A program made the position numbers and the translations under genes. Under the pieces are notes generated by a model. It was not told the DNA's origin, did not search any database, and saw nothing but the letters and a program-made list of their open reading frames with translations. This document shows positions 18,539-28,022 of a stretch of 64,000 nt of DNA, piece after piece; position 1 is the first letter of the stretch, and every line of letters begins with the position of its first letter. The DNA comes from Phycisphaerae bacterium (GTDB lineage Bacteria > Planctomycetota > Phycisphaerae > UBA1845): positions 52,773 to 116,772 of the forward strand of contig JAJVHU010000037.1 of the NCBI GenBank assembly GCA_022072505.1, given 5' to 3'.

Positions 18539-20170
18539 TCAAGGCCTTGCATCGGGTTGAACCCCCGGGTTCCCCGACGCGGGATGCACGATGAAGTAGC
18601 GGTACGGCGGCAGGGCGTAGATGTCCACGCGGCGACCGGTCGCCCGCAGCGTCGCGTCGAAATCACCCAGCAGCGTCACGATGTGCAGGCGTCGCGGATC
18701 GGAGAGCGCCGTCGAGTCGGTCAACTGTCCTCGTTTCTGCTCTCCGCGCATTCGGAGCACCGTCAGATCGTCGCGCAGGCCGTAATACTCGAAGCCCATC
18801 TCGACCGGATTGCGGTAGTTCGGACAAAACGGAAAGTCCACGACGACGACCGCGTCCTCCGGTCCCAGAGTGTCGTTCAAGTGCCGGATGATGCCCGCCA
18901 GCCCGTCGGGTCCGGACTCCTCGAGGCATTCCGTGACGGCGACCGGCGCATTGCCGACGAGGAGAAGCGCCGCCGCCCCGATCAACGCCCGCGATCCGCG
19001 GATCACCGGCAGCGTCAGGACGGCGAGCGTCCCGGGAACGAGCGCCGTGATCGCGTATCTCGGCACGAACACGGGGTTGGATACCAGCGAAATCGCCCCG
19101 AGCCCCCCGACGACGAAAACAACCCAGAACAACAGGAGTAAGCGCCCGGGGCAAGCGTCTCGCTCGTCCTGCGTCGCGCCGACGCCGCGAGCGCCAAGCC
19201 GCGGGACCGCGCCGCAGAGCAGAGCAGCCGCCACGAACACCCCGGCGCTGACGTGCGCCCAACGTGTCGCCGTCGAACCAGCGCCTCCCTCGTCAAAAAG
19301 ACCCAGCACGGCGTCGCCCAGGAAATGCGGGTACGCCCACCACGGCGCGGGCTGAATCCAGCCGAGCTTGTTCGGAAGAACGTGCCGAACAAAGAAAACC
19401 GCCAGCGGGGCGTACAACAGGACGGGCAGCGTCAGACACGCCAGCTCATATCGCCGCCCGCCGCCCGCTGCCGAGCCGCGCCCGTCAGGAAGCGGTCCGT
19501 CGTGCTCGGCGTCCCGGAGGGGGAATGTTGGACCTGCGCCAGCCGCCTCCGCGCGCCGTCGCAGCGTCACAACCGCCGCCCACCACGCGGCCTGCGCCGC
19601 CAGCGCCAGCGGGGCGAAGTAGTGCGAGTACAACATCGCCGTTGTGCTGAGGATGTAACCCGCGCCCCACGCCGCCCGTCGTCCCCTCCGCGTCACCAGC
19701 GCGTACCAGCACAGCATCGAGACCGTCGTCGTCAGCGCCAGCAGCGAGTACATCCGCGCCTCACGCGAGTACTTCAAGAGGAACGCATTGAACGCAAAAA
19801 CGATCAACGCCGCCCACCCGACGCGCCGGCCGAACATCACCGCTCCCAGCGCCCCGCCCGCCAGCGCCGCCGCCGCGCCGTAGAGCGCCGCCGGCAGGCG
19901 CAGCCGCGCTTCGCTCGGTTTCGGCTCGCCCCACGCCGCGACGCGGCAGGACAACGAATACAGCGGCGGGTGCGGCATCTGCACGTAGCGGATCCCGTCC
20001 ATCACGGTGCCCCGGATGCTGGTCCACGTCGAAAGCTCGTCCTCCCAGAGACTGCGCTCCCCGAGCCGATGCCAGCGCATTGAAAGGCCTCCGAACGCAA
20101 CCAGCGCGACGAGCGCCGCCGCCGTCGCAGGGTTCATCATCCGGTTCTTTTTCGATCCGTCCCGTGACAT
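18539..20170 (-). CDS. Polytopic GT-C glycosyltransferase (GT39/PMT-like)
   Basis: SLWEDE, HPPLY, RLPAAL, YSREARMYSL, LYSHYF motifs; multiple TM helices. Confidence 0.82.
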   Translation of the reverse strand: MSRDGSKKNRMMNPATAAALVALVAFGGLSMRWHRLGERSLWEDELSTWTSIRGTVMDGIRYVQMPHPPLYSLSCRVAAWGEPKPSEARLRLPAALYGAAAALAGGALGAVMFGRRVGWAALIVFAFNAFLLKYSREARMYSLLALTTTVSMLCWYALVTRRGRRAAWGAGYILSTTAMLYSHYFAPLALAAQAAWWAAVVTLRRRAEAAGAGPTFPLRDAEHDGPLPDGRGSAAGGGRRYELACLTLPVLLYAPLAVFFVRHVLPNKLGWIQPAPWWAYPHFLGDAVLGLFDEGGAGSTATRWAHVSAGVFVAAALLCGAVPRLGARGVGATQDERDACPGRLLLLFWVVFVVGGLGAISLVSNPVFVPRYAITALVPGTLAVLTLPVIRGSRALIGAAALLLVGNAPVAVTECLEESGPDGLAGIIRHLNDTLGPEDAVVVVDFPFCPNYRNPVEMGFEYYGLRDDLTVLRMRGEQKRGQLTDSTALSDPRRLHIVTLLGDFDATLRATGRRVDIYALPPYRYFIVHPASGNPGVQPDARP

Positions 20171-20313
20171 GCTCTGCGCCCGACCTTAACATCGCGCGCG
20201 GTCAGGCGTCCACGTCGAAGGTGTTCTGACGGGCGGTCTCCACCCGCCAGGATTCCTTGACGCAGGGCGACTCGGCCTGCCGATCGGCGACGGATAAGGG
20301 CAACAGGCGGAAC

Positions 20314-22200
20314 GTGATCTTCGATCGCTGGTTCGGACATCCTCGGTTCTGCGCTTCCGCCGCCGCGATCGCCGTCGTCCTGACTTCGATTTCGTTGACC
20401 ACCGGCTTTCAGGTGGATGATTACATTCACCGGCTTCTGCTCCAACCCCCGGCGGAGGCGTCCGGGATCGAGGGTCGGGGGCTTCTGGAAGGCCGGGCGC
20501 CGTGGGATCTTTTCGGCTTCATTCCCGGCGGTCCGGAGGAGATCCGGCGCCTGATCAAGGAAGGGCTTGTTCCCTGGTGGGCGCCGCAGTCCCTCAGGCT
20601 TTCATTCTTCAGACCTCTGACCAGCCTGACGCACTGGGTCGACTACCGGTTCTGGCCGGACAGGCCCGCCCTCATGCATGCGCAGAATCTCGCGTGGCTG
20701 GCGCTGCTGGTCTGGATCGCGTCACGGGTGTACCGGGAGGCGGCGGGCGGAACGTGGGAGGCCGGGCTGGCGACCTTGATGTTCGCCGTCGATTACTCGC
20801 ACGGCGTGCCCGCCGGGTGGATCGCCGCTCGCAACGCCCTCATCAGCGGATGCTTCGGGCTGCTCTCGGTTTATCTTTACATGCGCGGCCGCCGGGGGGA
20901 TCGCGCCAGCGCTTTCGCGGCCCCGGCGACGCTGGTCGCGGGGCTGGCCGGAGGAGAGATGTCGCTGGGCGCGCCGGGTTACCTGCTGGCGTACGCCCTC
21001 TTTCTCGACACGGGATCTGTGAGGCGTCGGCTGACAGGATTGATTCCCTGCGCCGCCGCGACGCTGGCCTGGATCGCGGTGTATAAAGCGCTCGGGTACG
21101 GAGCGACCGGATCGCACATGTACATTGATCCGGCGTCCGAACCGCTGCGCTTCCTTCGAGCAATGCTCTTCAACGCGCCGACGCTGCTGCTGGGGCAGTT
21201 CCTGCTGCCGCCGGCGGACGTCTTCGGATTCCTGGCGGACGCGTTAAGGCCGGGATACGCCGCCGGCGCCGCCGGAATTGTGACGATCCTCCTCCTGATC
21301 ATGCGCGGACGCCTGCGCGGCGACGCCGTCAGCCGGTTCTACCTGGCCGGAACGTTGCTGGCGGTTCTGCCCGCCTGCGGGACGGCGGCGCAGAACCGGC
21401 TGCTGGTCATTGCCGGGCTGGGGGCGGGAGGACTGCTCGCCCGGTACGTGGCGCGCCTGCGTGAAGCGCGCGAGCATCCAACGTCGATCAACGCGGAAGG
21501 GAAGGCCTCGGCGCTGGAACGCCTGACCCGACGCGCGATCCTCATCATTCACCTCGCAATCTCCCCGTCGGCGTTGATCGTCGCCGCTTACAGCACGGCG
21601 GCGCTCGGACCTTTGCTGCAGCGCCTCGCGGACTCCTTTCCGCAGGATTCGGCGATCGAGGATCAGAAGCTCATGATCGTGCAGGCGCCGACGGCGTTCC
21701 TCTTTCAGTACGCCGCCTCAATGAATGCGCTCGACGGTCGTCCGATGCCGGAGCATCTCTACGTGCTCGGTTCCAGCGCCGCCCCTCTCGAAATCCGCCG
21801 CCCCGACGCGCGAACCCTCGTGTTGCGACCGTCGGGCGGTTTCCTTCCGCCGCCGGGATCGCCGCCGGCAGCGCGACCGGACGGTTCATTCGATCGATCC
21901 GCGCCGGTCTCCCCCCTCCACATGATTCAGATGTTCGACGTCCTGTTCCGCGCATGCAGTCTCGGATTCACCGAGCAGGAGACGATCGACCTTCACGGAT
22001 TCCGCGCCCGAATCCTGGAGACGGACGCGACGGGCCGGCTGCTCGAAATCGCCTTCGAGGGCGACGACTCCCTTGAATCCGGCCGTTACCGCTGGATGAC
22101 CTGGTCCGACGGGGAACTGGTGGATTTCGATCCGCCGGAAATCGGACAGAGCGTCCTCCTGCCCGCGCCGGATCTTCCCTTCGCGCCGTCCGCTCGGTGA
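20314..22200 (+). CDS. Polytopic membrane protein, probable GT-C-like glycosyltransferase
   Basis: GFQVDDY, FFRPLTSL, H..PAGWIAARN motifs and about 10 TM segments; start GTG 20314 or TTG 20257. Confidence 0.65.
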   Translation: MIFDRWFGHPRFCASAAAIAVVLTSISLTTGFQVDDYIHRLLLQPPAEASGIEGRGLLEGRAPWDLFGFIPGGPEEIRRLIKEGLVPWWAPQSLRLSFFRPLTSLTHWVDYRFWPDRPALMHAQNLAWLALLVWIASRVYREAAGGTWEAGLATLMFAVDYSHGVPAGWIAARNALISGCFGLLSVYLYMRGRRGDRASAFAAPATLVAGLAGGEMSLGAPGYLLAYALFLDTGSVRRRLTGLIPCAAATLAWIAVYKALGYGATGSHMYIDPASEPLRFLRAMLFNAPTLLLGQFLLPPADVFGFLADALRPGYAAGAAGIVTILLLIMRGRLRGDAVSRFYLAGTLLAVLPACGTAAQNRLLVIAGLGAGGLLARYVARLREAREHPTSINAEGKASALERLTRRAILIIHLAISPSALIVAAYSTAALGPLLQRLADSFPQDSAIEDQKLMIVQAPTAFLFQYAASMNALDGRPMPEHLYVLGSSAAPLEIRRPDARTLVLRPSGGFLPPPGSPPAARPDGSFDRSAPVSPLHMIQMFDVLFRACSLGFTEQETIDLHGFRARILETDATGRLLEIAFEGDDSLESGRYRWMTWSDGELVDFDPPEIGQSVLLPAPDLPFAPSAR

Positions 22201-22252
22201 CCCCGGGGAGGGTTTCACTGGAAAAACAGGCTCGCCGGCAGAATCGGCCGGG

Positions 22253-22258
22253 TATAAT
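22253..22258 (+). promoter_or_regulatory. Consensus -10 element upstream of the secreted-protein gene
   Basis: TATAAT in a GC-rich intergenic region; no good -35. Confidence 0.3.
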
Positions 22259-22367
22259 GCCCGGATCGGAACGTCGTTCTCGCCTGGATCGCGCACCGGC
22301 TGAAGCGAGTTCGGGCGACGACGGGACTTACCGGTGTCGAAGGGCCGGAGGAAAGGGGGACGGGAAC

Positions 22368-23309
22368 ATGAGGCGATCTTCAACCGTTGGATGGGCGCTG
22401 TGCGGCTGCGTGGGCGGCTTCTTGCTGCCGGCACTTTCCGCTCGCGCCGAGGTGATTCATGACTCCCTCTGGATTCATGATGACAACCTGATGGACGCCG
22501 GCGTGGGCCACGCGATCGGCGGGTGGCGCCCTTTCCCCGGACTGGGAACGATCGACTCGCAGGTCGTCGAGGATTTCACGTTGATCCAGCAGACACGACT
22601 GACCGTCGGCGTCATTGACGTGATGGCGCATGACGGCACCGTTCCCGCCGAGGGCATCTGGGTTCAGGTGTATGCCGACGCCGGAGGCAGGCCGGCCGAA
22701 GAGGTGACGGCGGACTGGGTCGCCCTTCCGTCCGATTACGAAGCGGTGGAAATCTCAAGCCCGCTCAATTTCCGCGCGTGGCGCATCACCATCAATCTGG
22801 CGGACGGCGAATTCGATCTTGCCGAAGGCACGTGGTGGATTGATTTTCAACCGCTGGACATCGAGACCACCGGCGACTGGTTCTGGTCGATCGGGTCGGT
22901 GAGCATCGAGCCGATCGGGTTCCCCAGTCATGTCCGCGACGGGTGGCAGGCGCACGGAAACAATTATTACGGACTCTGGGGCAGCACCACGTGGATTCCG
23001 CACAGTTTTCGCGGCAACGCCGTGCTATCGTGGCGCCTCGAAGGGGACACGACGGGCGGAGACTGCACCGGCCGCGAAAAACTCTCCGCGTCATGCGCCG
23101 ACAGCGCCTGCGGACCGAGAGTCGTCGCGAAGCTCAAGCGGGGGCAGCCGGATGCGGAGATCCGCTTTCGCATCGATGGCGGACAGGAAAGGCGGACCGT
23201 GGTCAACGCCCGCGGCAAGGCCAGGGTCAAGTGGTGCGGGTTGACTTCCGGACCGCACACGGTGTCGCTGGTCGAGTGCGGCGCGTCGATCGACACGAAC
23301 TGTCCGTGA
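22368..23309 (+). CDS. Secreted protein with small basic Cys-bounded C-terminal domain
   Basis: ATG 22368 after purine-rich RBS; signal peptide ending ARA; acidic beta-rich domain; C-terminal about 80 aa CTGREKLSASC...ECGASIDTNCP. Confidence 0.72.
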   Translation: MRRSSTVGWALCGCVGGFLLPALSARAEVIHDSLWIHDDNLMDAGVGHAIGGWRPFPGLGTIDSQVVEDFTLIQQTRLTVGVIDVMAHDGTVPAEGIWVQVYADAGGRPAEEVTADWVALPSDYEAVEISSPLNFRAWRITINLADGEFDLAEGTWWIDFQPLDIETTGDWFWSIGSVSIEPIGFPSHVRDGWQAHGNNYYGLWGSTTWIPHSFRGNAVLSWRLEGDTTGGDCTGREKLSASCADSACGPRVVAKLKRGQPDAEIRFRIDGGQERRTVVNARGKARVKWCGLTSGPHTVSLVECGASIDTNCP

Positions 23310-23523
23310 ATCAGGCTGACTGAGTCTCCAACCGACTCCGGTGCGCCGCATCTTGAAGGTCTTGAGGATGCGACGCAGGATCGTCTGCTCATGCAAATCC
23401 CGCGCCGCGCAACCGGAGCCGGATGAAGACTCAGGAGGCCGTTTTCACGCTTTTTTTAGCCTCTGCCTCGAGAGCTGAAACACCCGCGTTCTGACAGCCG
23501 CGGTTCGGTTTCGCACCCGTGTT

Positions 23524-24516
23524 TCAGTTGCGGCCGGGCGTTCCGGACCCCGGGGTAGGTTGCCGTGACGCGTCGGGCGGCACGACGGAAAGGTCGCCCG
23601 CTCCCACCGAGGCGCGCTCCAGTTTTATCAGAGACGAGGAGTTGAGCGGGTCCAGTTGAAACGGGCTGAACCCCGGTGCTTGCGGCGTTAAGAGAGGGAT
23701 CGACATCACCGGCGCCATCAGATCGGTCGATCGGGGGGGAGGCGCGATCGAAAGCCCGGCTGGCAGGTGCGGTTGGCGCCGGCCAGGCAAGTGAAAATCG
23801 TCAGCGCCGTAACCGGTGAACAAAGCGCTGCGGGCGCCGAAGCGCAGGAGCGGATCTTCAAGACCGAAACCCGGGCGCGACGACCCCGGAAGCGTCGGGC
23901 GGGCGAGGATCGCGTCGAGCTTCGCCTTCAGAGAGGCGGAGAAACCCGCCGCGTTCGTTTCGTGCAGGATCGCGGATCGCGGTCCGAATCCGCCCGGGAC
24001 GCGCGATCCGCGCGCATCCGGAAACATCGTGCCGAAGGAAGCCGGCGACGACGCGGACCGCAATGCGGAGGGCGGATCCCAGCGGCGGTCCAGCGGATCC
24101 GGAGAGGCTGCCGCGCTGAAGGGGTTCTGTGCGGCGGCGAGCGGTTCCTCGAAGATGCTCGCACCGGTCAGGGGCAGCGTCGCGTAGGAGCCGAAATCCG
24201 TGCCGTATAAAGTCCTCAGAAGTTCCTCGCGGGGCGACGGGATCCGCGGCGCACGAGAGGGGCGCGGCGTCGATCCCGGCGGCGTGGATGACGATGACCG
24301 CGCCCTGGCGGCAGGATCAGGTTGACCGGCCCGGTTCGCGGCGTCCGGCGGCGACGAGGATGGAGGCGTCGCGGACGGCGCGTCCTGGGCCAACGCTGTG
24401 GCGACGGCGGCGGAAAGCAGGACAGCGACTCCGGCGCTTCGGCTGAGGCGCCGCGAGACCCGCACCGACAGCCGGGTCGGCGCCGAGCGGTTATGATGGC
24501 GGCGAGGATGACACAT
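23524..24516 (-). CDS. Hypothetical secreted Pro/Ser-rich protein
   Basis: ATG 24516 with GGAAAGG upstream; hydrophobic stretch ending ALA-Q; low complexity; no recognisable domain. Confidence 0.5.
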   Translation of the reverse strand: MCHPRRHHNRSAPTRLSVRVSRRLSRSAGVAVLLSAAVATALAQDAPSATPPSSSPPDAANRAGQPDPAARARSSSSTPPGSTPRPSRAPRIPSPREELLRTLYGTDFGSYATLPLTGASIFEEPLAAAQNPFSAAASPDPLDRRWDPPSALRSASSPASFGTMFPDARGSRVPGGFGPRSAILHETNAAGFSASLKAKLDAILARPTLPGSSRPGFGLEDPLLRFGARSALFTGYGADDFHLPGRRQPHLPAGLSIAPPPRSTDLMAPVMSIPLLTPQAPGFSPFQLDPLNSSSLIKLERASVGAGDLSVVPPDASRQPTPGSGTPGRN

Positions 24517-24632
24517 ATGAAACCCTTTCCGTATCATCGGCGACTTCCGCAAGGCCGCAACAGAATCGCGGATTCGCGGACGGTCCGCAACGCTTCGGGG
24601 CGGTGCTCCGCGGCCGTGGGGCGCTTGCGGAC

Positions 24633-25019
24633 GTGAGCCGTGAACGTTTTACCCCTGCTGACCGCCTTTCTCGCCGCAGCGACGTCGATCGAGTGATCCG
24701 TCACGGCGTCCGTGTTTCGGATCGTTGCCTGACGTTGTGGGCGCTGGAGAACGCCCTCGAACGATCGCGGATCGGATTGCGAGCGCCGCGCCGCGTCGGA
24801 ACGGCGGTGCTGCGCAACCGCCTGCGCCGCCGCGTCCGCGAGGCGTTCCGGCGGAATCGGGACCGGATTCCCGCGGGCGTGGACCTGATGTGCCAGCTTC
24901 GCACGGCTGAGGGATGCAGCTACGCGGTGCTGGCGGAATCGCTGATTCGGCTCAGCGTCAAGGCAGCCCGCCGCCACCTTGGCGACCGACCGCGCAGACC
25001 TCAATCCGCCGATCCGTGA
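24633..25019 (+). CDS. rnpA: Ribonuclease P protein component
   Basis: RL..RSD, RIGL.APRRVGTAVLRNRLRRRVREAFR (RNR motif); GTG 24633. Confidence 0.9.
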   Translation: MSRERFTPADRLSRRSDVDRVIRHGVRVSDRCLTLWALENALERSRIGLRAPRRVGTAVLRNRLRRRVREAFRRNRDRIPAGVDLMCQLRTAEGCSYAVLAESLIRLSVKAARRHLGDRPRRPQSADP

Positions 25020-27252
25020 ATGCGTGCGTGATCTCGCCGAATTGCGGATCCTGAATTTCGGCGATCAACGTATACAGACCCGGATCCATCCCGGTGAGCG
25101 CCTCCCACGGGACGGCCTCGTTGAAAACGACGCCCGGCTGCTCCGCGCCGAGCAGGATGATCCGATGCGTGCGGTCATCATCCAGCGGCGGCGGCCAGAC
25201 TCCGTCCTTCGCCAGCCAGAACCGCACGATGTTCGCCGGATCGTGAACCGCCGAACCTCCGCCCACCCAGCCGAACTCGATCCGCGCATCCGCGGGAACG
25301 CCGCCGTGCGCTTCGCAATCCGGCAGAACCCCGCCGACTTCGAGCGGCGCCAGCTCCCGGCGGATGAACACGGCGCCGGGGGCGGCATCGGACGCGACGA
25401 GCCGGTCGCCGTCAAAAAGCTGCACCCGCAACTCAAGTCTGTGCGCCCGAATCTCATCAGGAATCGAAATCCGCGACAGATCCGCCGTCCATGTAAACGC
25501 GCTGCCGTTCCGAAGTTCGGTGGAGATGGGCAGAAGATCGACGCTCCAGGATTCGCCGGCGAGAACGCCCTTCAGAAAGTACCGCACGCCGAGGTCGCCT
25601 GGCGCAACGTTGCTGAACCGAGCCCCGAAGGTCAGGCCGTAGCCGTCGCGGATGCGTTGATCGGTCAGCGGCCACACCGCGTCAACCTCCGGCGATTCCG
25701 ACTGCTCGTCGCTGCCGCGGTCGGTGATGTTGATCTTCCCGGCGGCGAAACTGACCGCCGACGTGCGACCGTCCCAGATCGTTCCCGCCAGGCGGTACTC
25801 CCCCGCGGCAATATCAGCCGGGAAGCCAATGCGGATCTCGTCATTCCCTGCTCCGTCGGGATCCTCCGCGAGCGCGGAAACCAGCAACACCTCGTTCCCG
25901 TCCAGCGCGTCGCTCGAAAGGTCCGGATCCAGCATCAGCGAGATGATCGCCGAACTGTCGCTGTCGTCGTCATGCCAGGAGACGGATACCGCTCCTCCTC
26001 GGGTGGTCGCAAGGTTCGCAGCCGGCGCGAGCAACGTGAGGGTCGGCGGGTGGTCCGTCTCGGTCCCGCGGATCTCAATCCACCGCTCCCGGCGATCGAC
26101 GCCGCTGAGCACGCCGTCGCTGATCGTCGCCACCAGGTCGTACACGCCGGGAATGACCTGGCTGGGGATCACCCTCACGCAATCCGCGGCGCCATCCGGG
26201 TCTTCAGGAAGCGGACCGGCGAGGGGATACGAGACGCTCTCCCCCGACGGCATGACGCGGAACAGCGAAAGCGACACCACCGCGGAACTGTCGGGATCCG
26301 CGTCGTCCCAGCATAGGTCGAAGGCGTCCGCGGCGCTCATCGTGACCGCCTGCGCGGGACTCACAAGACGGATCGTCGGAGGCGCGTTGAGCGGATCGCG
26401 GAACAGCGTCAATTGCGGAGCCGCGATCACCGTCGTCTCGAAGCTTCCGTCGCGGACGACCGCGAGCAATTCGTACGCGCCCGCCGGAACGCCGGAGAGC
26501 ACCAGCCGAATCTCATCGTTGATCCCGTCGAGCGCGAGGGCGACCTGCGGCGACACCTGCGCGCCGAGCGACGACGGATCGACGTCGTTCAACGATCGAA
26601 GGTGAAACGCAACCGTGGATTGAGGACTCCCGCCTTCGTCCTCCCACCGGACGAGCGCGGCGGACCCGATCGCGGCTGACAACCCCTCGATCTCCACCGA
26701 CATCACCCGGAACACCGGAGGTGCAAACCCGTCGCCGGGATCCGCCGTCCCGTCGCCCGGCGGGCCGCCTTCATTCGGTTCGAGCGTGAACTCGATCATC
26801 TCGTCGATTTCATAATCAACCCCGAGGGCGAACGTTCGATTCAGGACGAGCGCCCCGTCATCGGTGGTCGCGTTGATCTGGATTCGGTTCGCCGGCGCCG
26901 GACTGGAAACCTGAACGATCGTTCCGGGCAGCACTCGGACGTAGGCGATATGAACCTGCACCCCGTCGGCGGCGAACAAGACAGTGACCGCGGCTGCCGA
27001 TTCCGCCGCGTTCCGGATCGCGATCGCTGCGAACGCCGGACTTTCGTCCCCTCCAACGCCTCCCAACTCTCCGGGGAACTCGTCTGTCACGACGTCATTG
27101 ACGGAATCCGGGGCGTTGGTATCGGATCCTTCGGCCGCCGGGGAGCCGGTGGACGTAGGCGCGGGATCAGAGATGCCGCCGCCGCATCCGCCCAGCAGAA
27201 GCGCAGCAGACAGGAGGAGCAGAAATCCGCGCAGGCCCGGTCGTTTCGCCAT
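24958..27252 (-). CDS. Large acidic lipoprotein with tandem Ig-like repeats
   Basis: MAKRPG..LLLGGC lipobox; three repeats PPT..L..P....W.D.D.DS.A.....EDPDG....G.Y.L.ATI.DG. Confidence 0.75.
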   Translation of the reverse strand: MAKRPGLRGFLLLLSAALLLGGCGGGISDPAPTSTGSPAAEGSDTNAPDSVNDVVTDEFPGELGGVGGDESPAFAAIAIRNAAESAAAVTVLFAADGVQVHIAYVRVLPGTIVQVSSPAPANRIQINATTDDGALVLNRTFALGVDYEIDEMIEFTLEPNEGGPPGDGTADPGDGFAPPVFRVMSVEIEGLSAAIGSAALVRWEDEGGSPQSTVAFHLRSLNDVDPSSLGAQVSPQVALALDGINDEIRLVLSGVPAGAYELLAVVRDGSFETTVIAAPQLTLFRDPLNAPPTIRLVSPAQAVTMSAADAFDLCWDDADPDSSAVVSLSLFRVMPSGESVSYPLAGPLPEDPDGAADCVRVIPSQVIPGVYDLVATISDGVLSGVDRRERWIEIRGTETDHPPTLTLLAPAANLATTRGGAVSVSWHDDDSDSSAIISLMLDPDLSSDALDGNEVLLVSALAEDPDGAGNDEIRIGFPADIAAGEYRLAGTIWDGRTSAVSFAAGKINITDRGSDEQSESPEVDAVWPLTDQRIRDGYGLTFGARFSNVAPGDLGVRYFLKGVLAGESWSVDLLPISTELRNGSAFTWTADLSRISIPDEIRAHRLELRVQLFDGDRLVASDAAPGAVFIRRELAPLEVGGVLPDCEAHGGVPADARIEFGWVGGGSAVHDPANIVRFWLAKDGVWPPPLDDDRTHRIILLGAEQPGVVFNEAVPWEALTGMDPGLYTLIAEIQDPQFGEITHAFTDRRIEVCAVGRQGGGGLP

Positions 27253-27666
27253 CACCCGCCTCGCCCCGATGTGCGCCCGGTTCACTTCTGACGCGGGCCG
27301 CACCGCCGCCAAGTCGAGTTCATTCTCGCAAGGTCTGAGAGTATTCGCCCGCTCAAGAGTCCCGCCCAGCCGCGCCGGAATCGGTCACGGCTGTCCCGGA
27401 ACAGGAGAGACCGACCTGACGGCGCGAGCCTTCGAACCCACGAGACCCGTGAAAGCCCGGACTTCGGGAATATACCCCCAGGAGCGAGGAATATGCAACA
27501 AAAAAATCCAGGAATCCGATATCTGACGGCGCGCGCCCGGAAAGCCACCCGCCTGGAGAAACGCCCAGCGCCCGGCCGTTCCCGAACACCCTCGACCCAC
27601 CTGGGAGACCGTGGCGAAAGCCGTGGCATGGGCTTCCAGCCCATGTTTTACGGACAAGATGTCCAT

Positions 27667-27897
27667 GACGCTGTTGCAAAACCGAGCCGCGCCCGTAAGG
27701 AAGCGTTCTTTTCCCCGTCTGCACCAGGGCAACCGCATTCTAACTTTTGAGCCGGTCCTGACGGATACCGCGGATCAGGCGATCCGCGATTCCGGAATGC
27801 GGAGGCCGATCCCTTGGACAACCGACGTTCGCTCGGAAGCCAGAAATCCTGGAATGCGGTTGCCCTGCGTCTGCACCGGCGGTTTTGAAACAGCGTC
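27667..27897. mobile_element. 79-bp MITE (IS5/IS1182-like ends) expanded to 231 bp by a nested insertion
   Basis: 17-bp TIRs GACGCTGTTGCAAAACC / GGTTTTGAAACAGCGTC (1 mismatch); CAT on both flanks. Confidence 0.8.
27725..27867. mobile_element. 143-bp MITE with ISAs1-like ends
   Basis: Perfect 16-bp TIRs CAGGGCAACCGCATTC / GAATGCGGTTGCCCTG; perfect 9-bp direct repeat CGTCTGCAC at 27716-27724 and 27868-27876. Confidence 0.85.
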
Positions 27898-28022
27898 CAT
27901 GCCACGAGATTGTCCGCGGCTATCACCACGGACTGCTAGTGCCGCGGCGCGACCCCAAAAAAGAGCCGCCCCCACGATGGCGCCTGGCGCTGAGACCGGC
28001 GCGCACCGCAGAAAAACCTCTT

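Larger units (their letters stand above)
27622..27906. repeat. REP doublet (GTGGCATGGGCTTCCAGCCCATG family) interrupted by a MITE
   Basis: Left arm CGTGGCATGG 27622-27631; its reverse complement CCATGCCACG is restored when 27667-27900 is removed. Confidence 0.7.

Noticed and set aside
23474-23528. Inverted repeat CTGAAACAC / GTGTTTCAG as element ends
   Set aside because: Short, single-copy and without TSD; it overlaps a stop codon between convergent genes, so at most a 3' hairpin
27353-28020. Short ORFs in the 27.3-28.0 kb intergenic region
   Set aside because: The region is explained by REP and nested MITE structure; the peptides are repeat translations (MGWKPMP, LPYGRGS)
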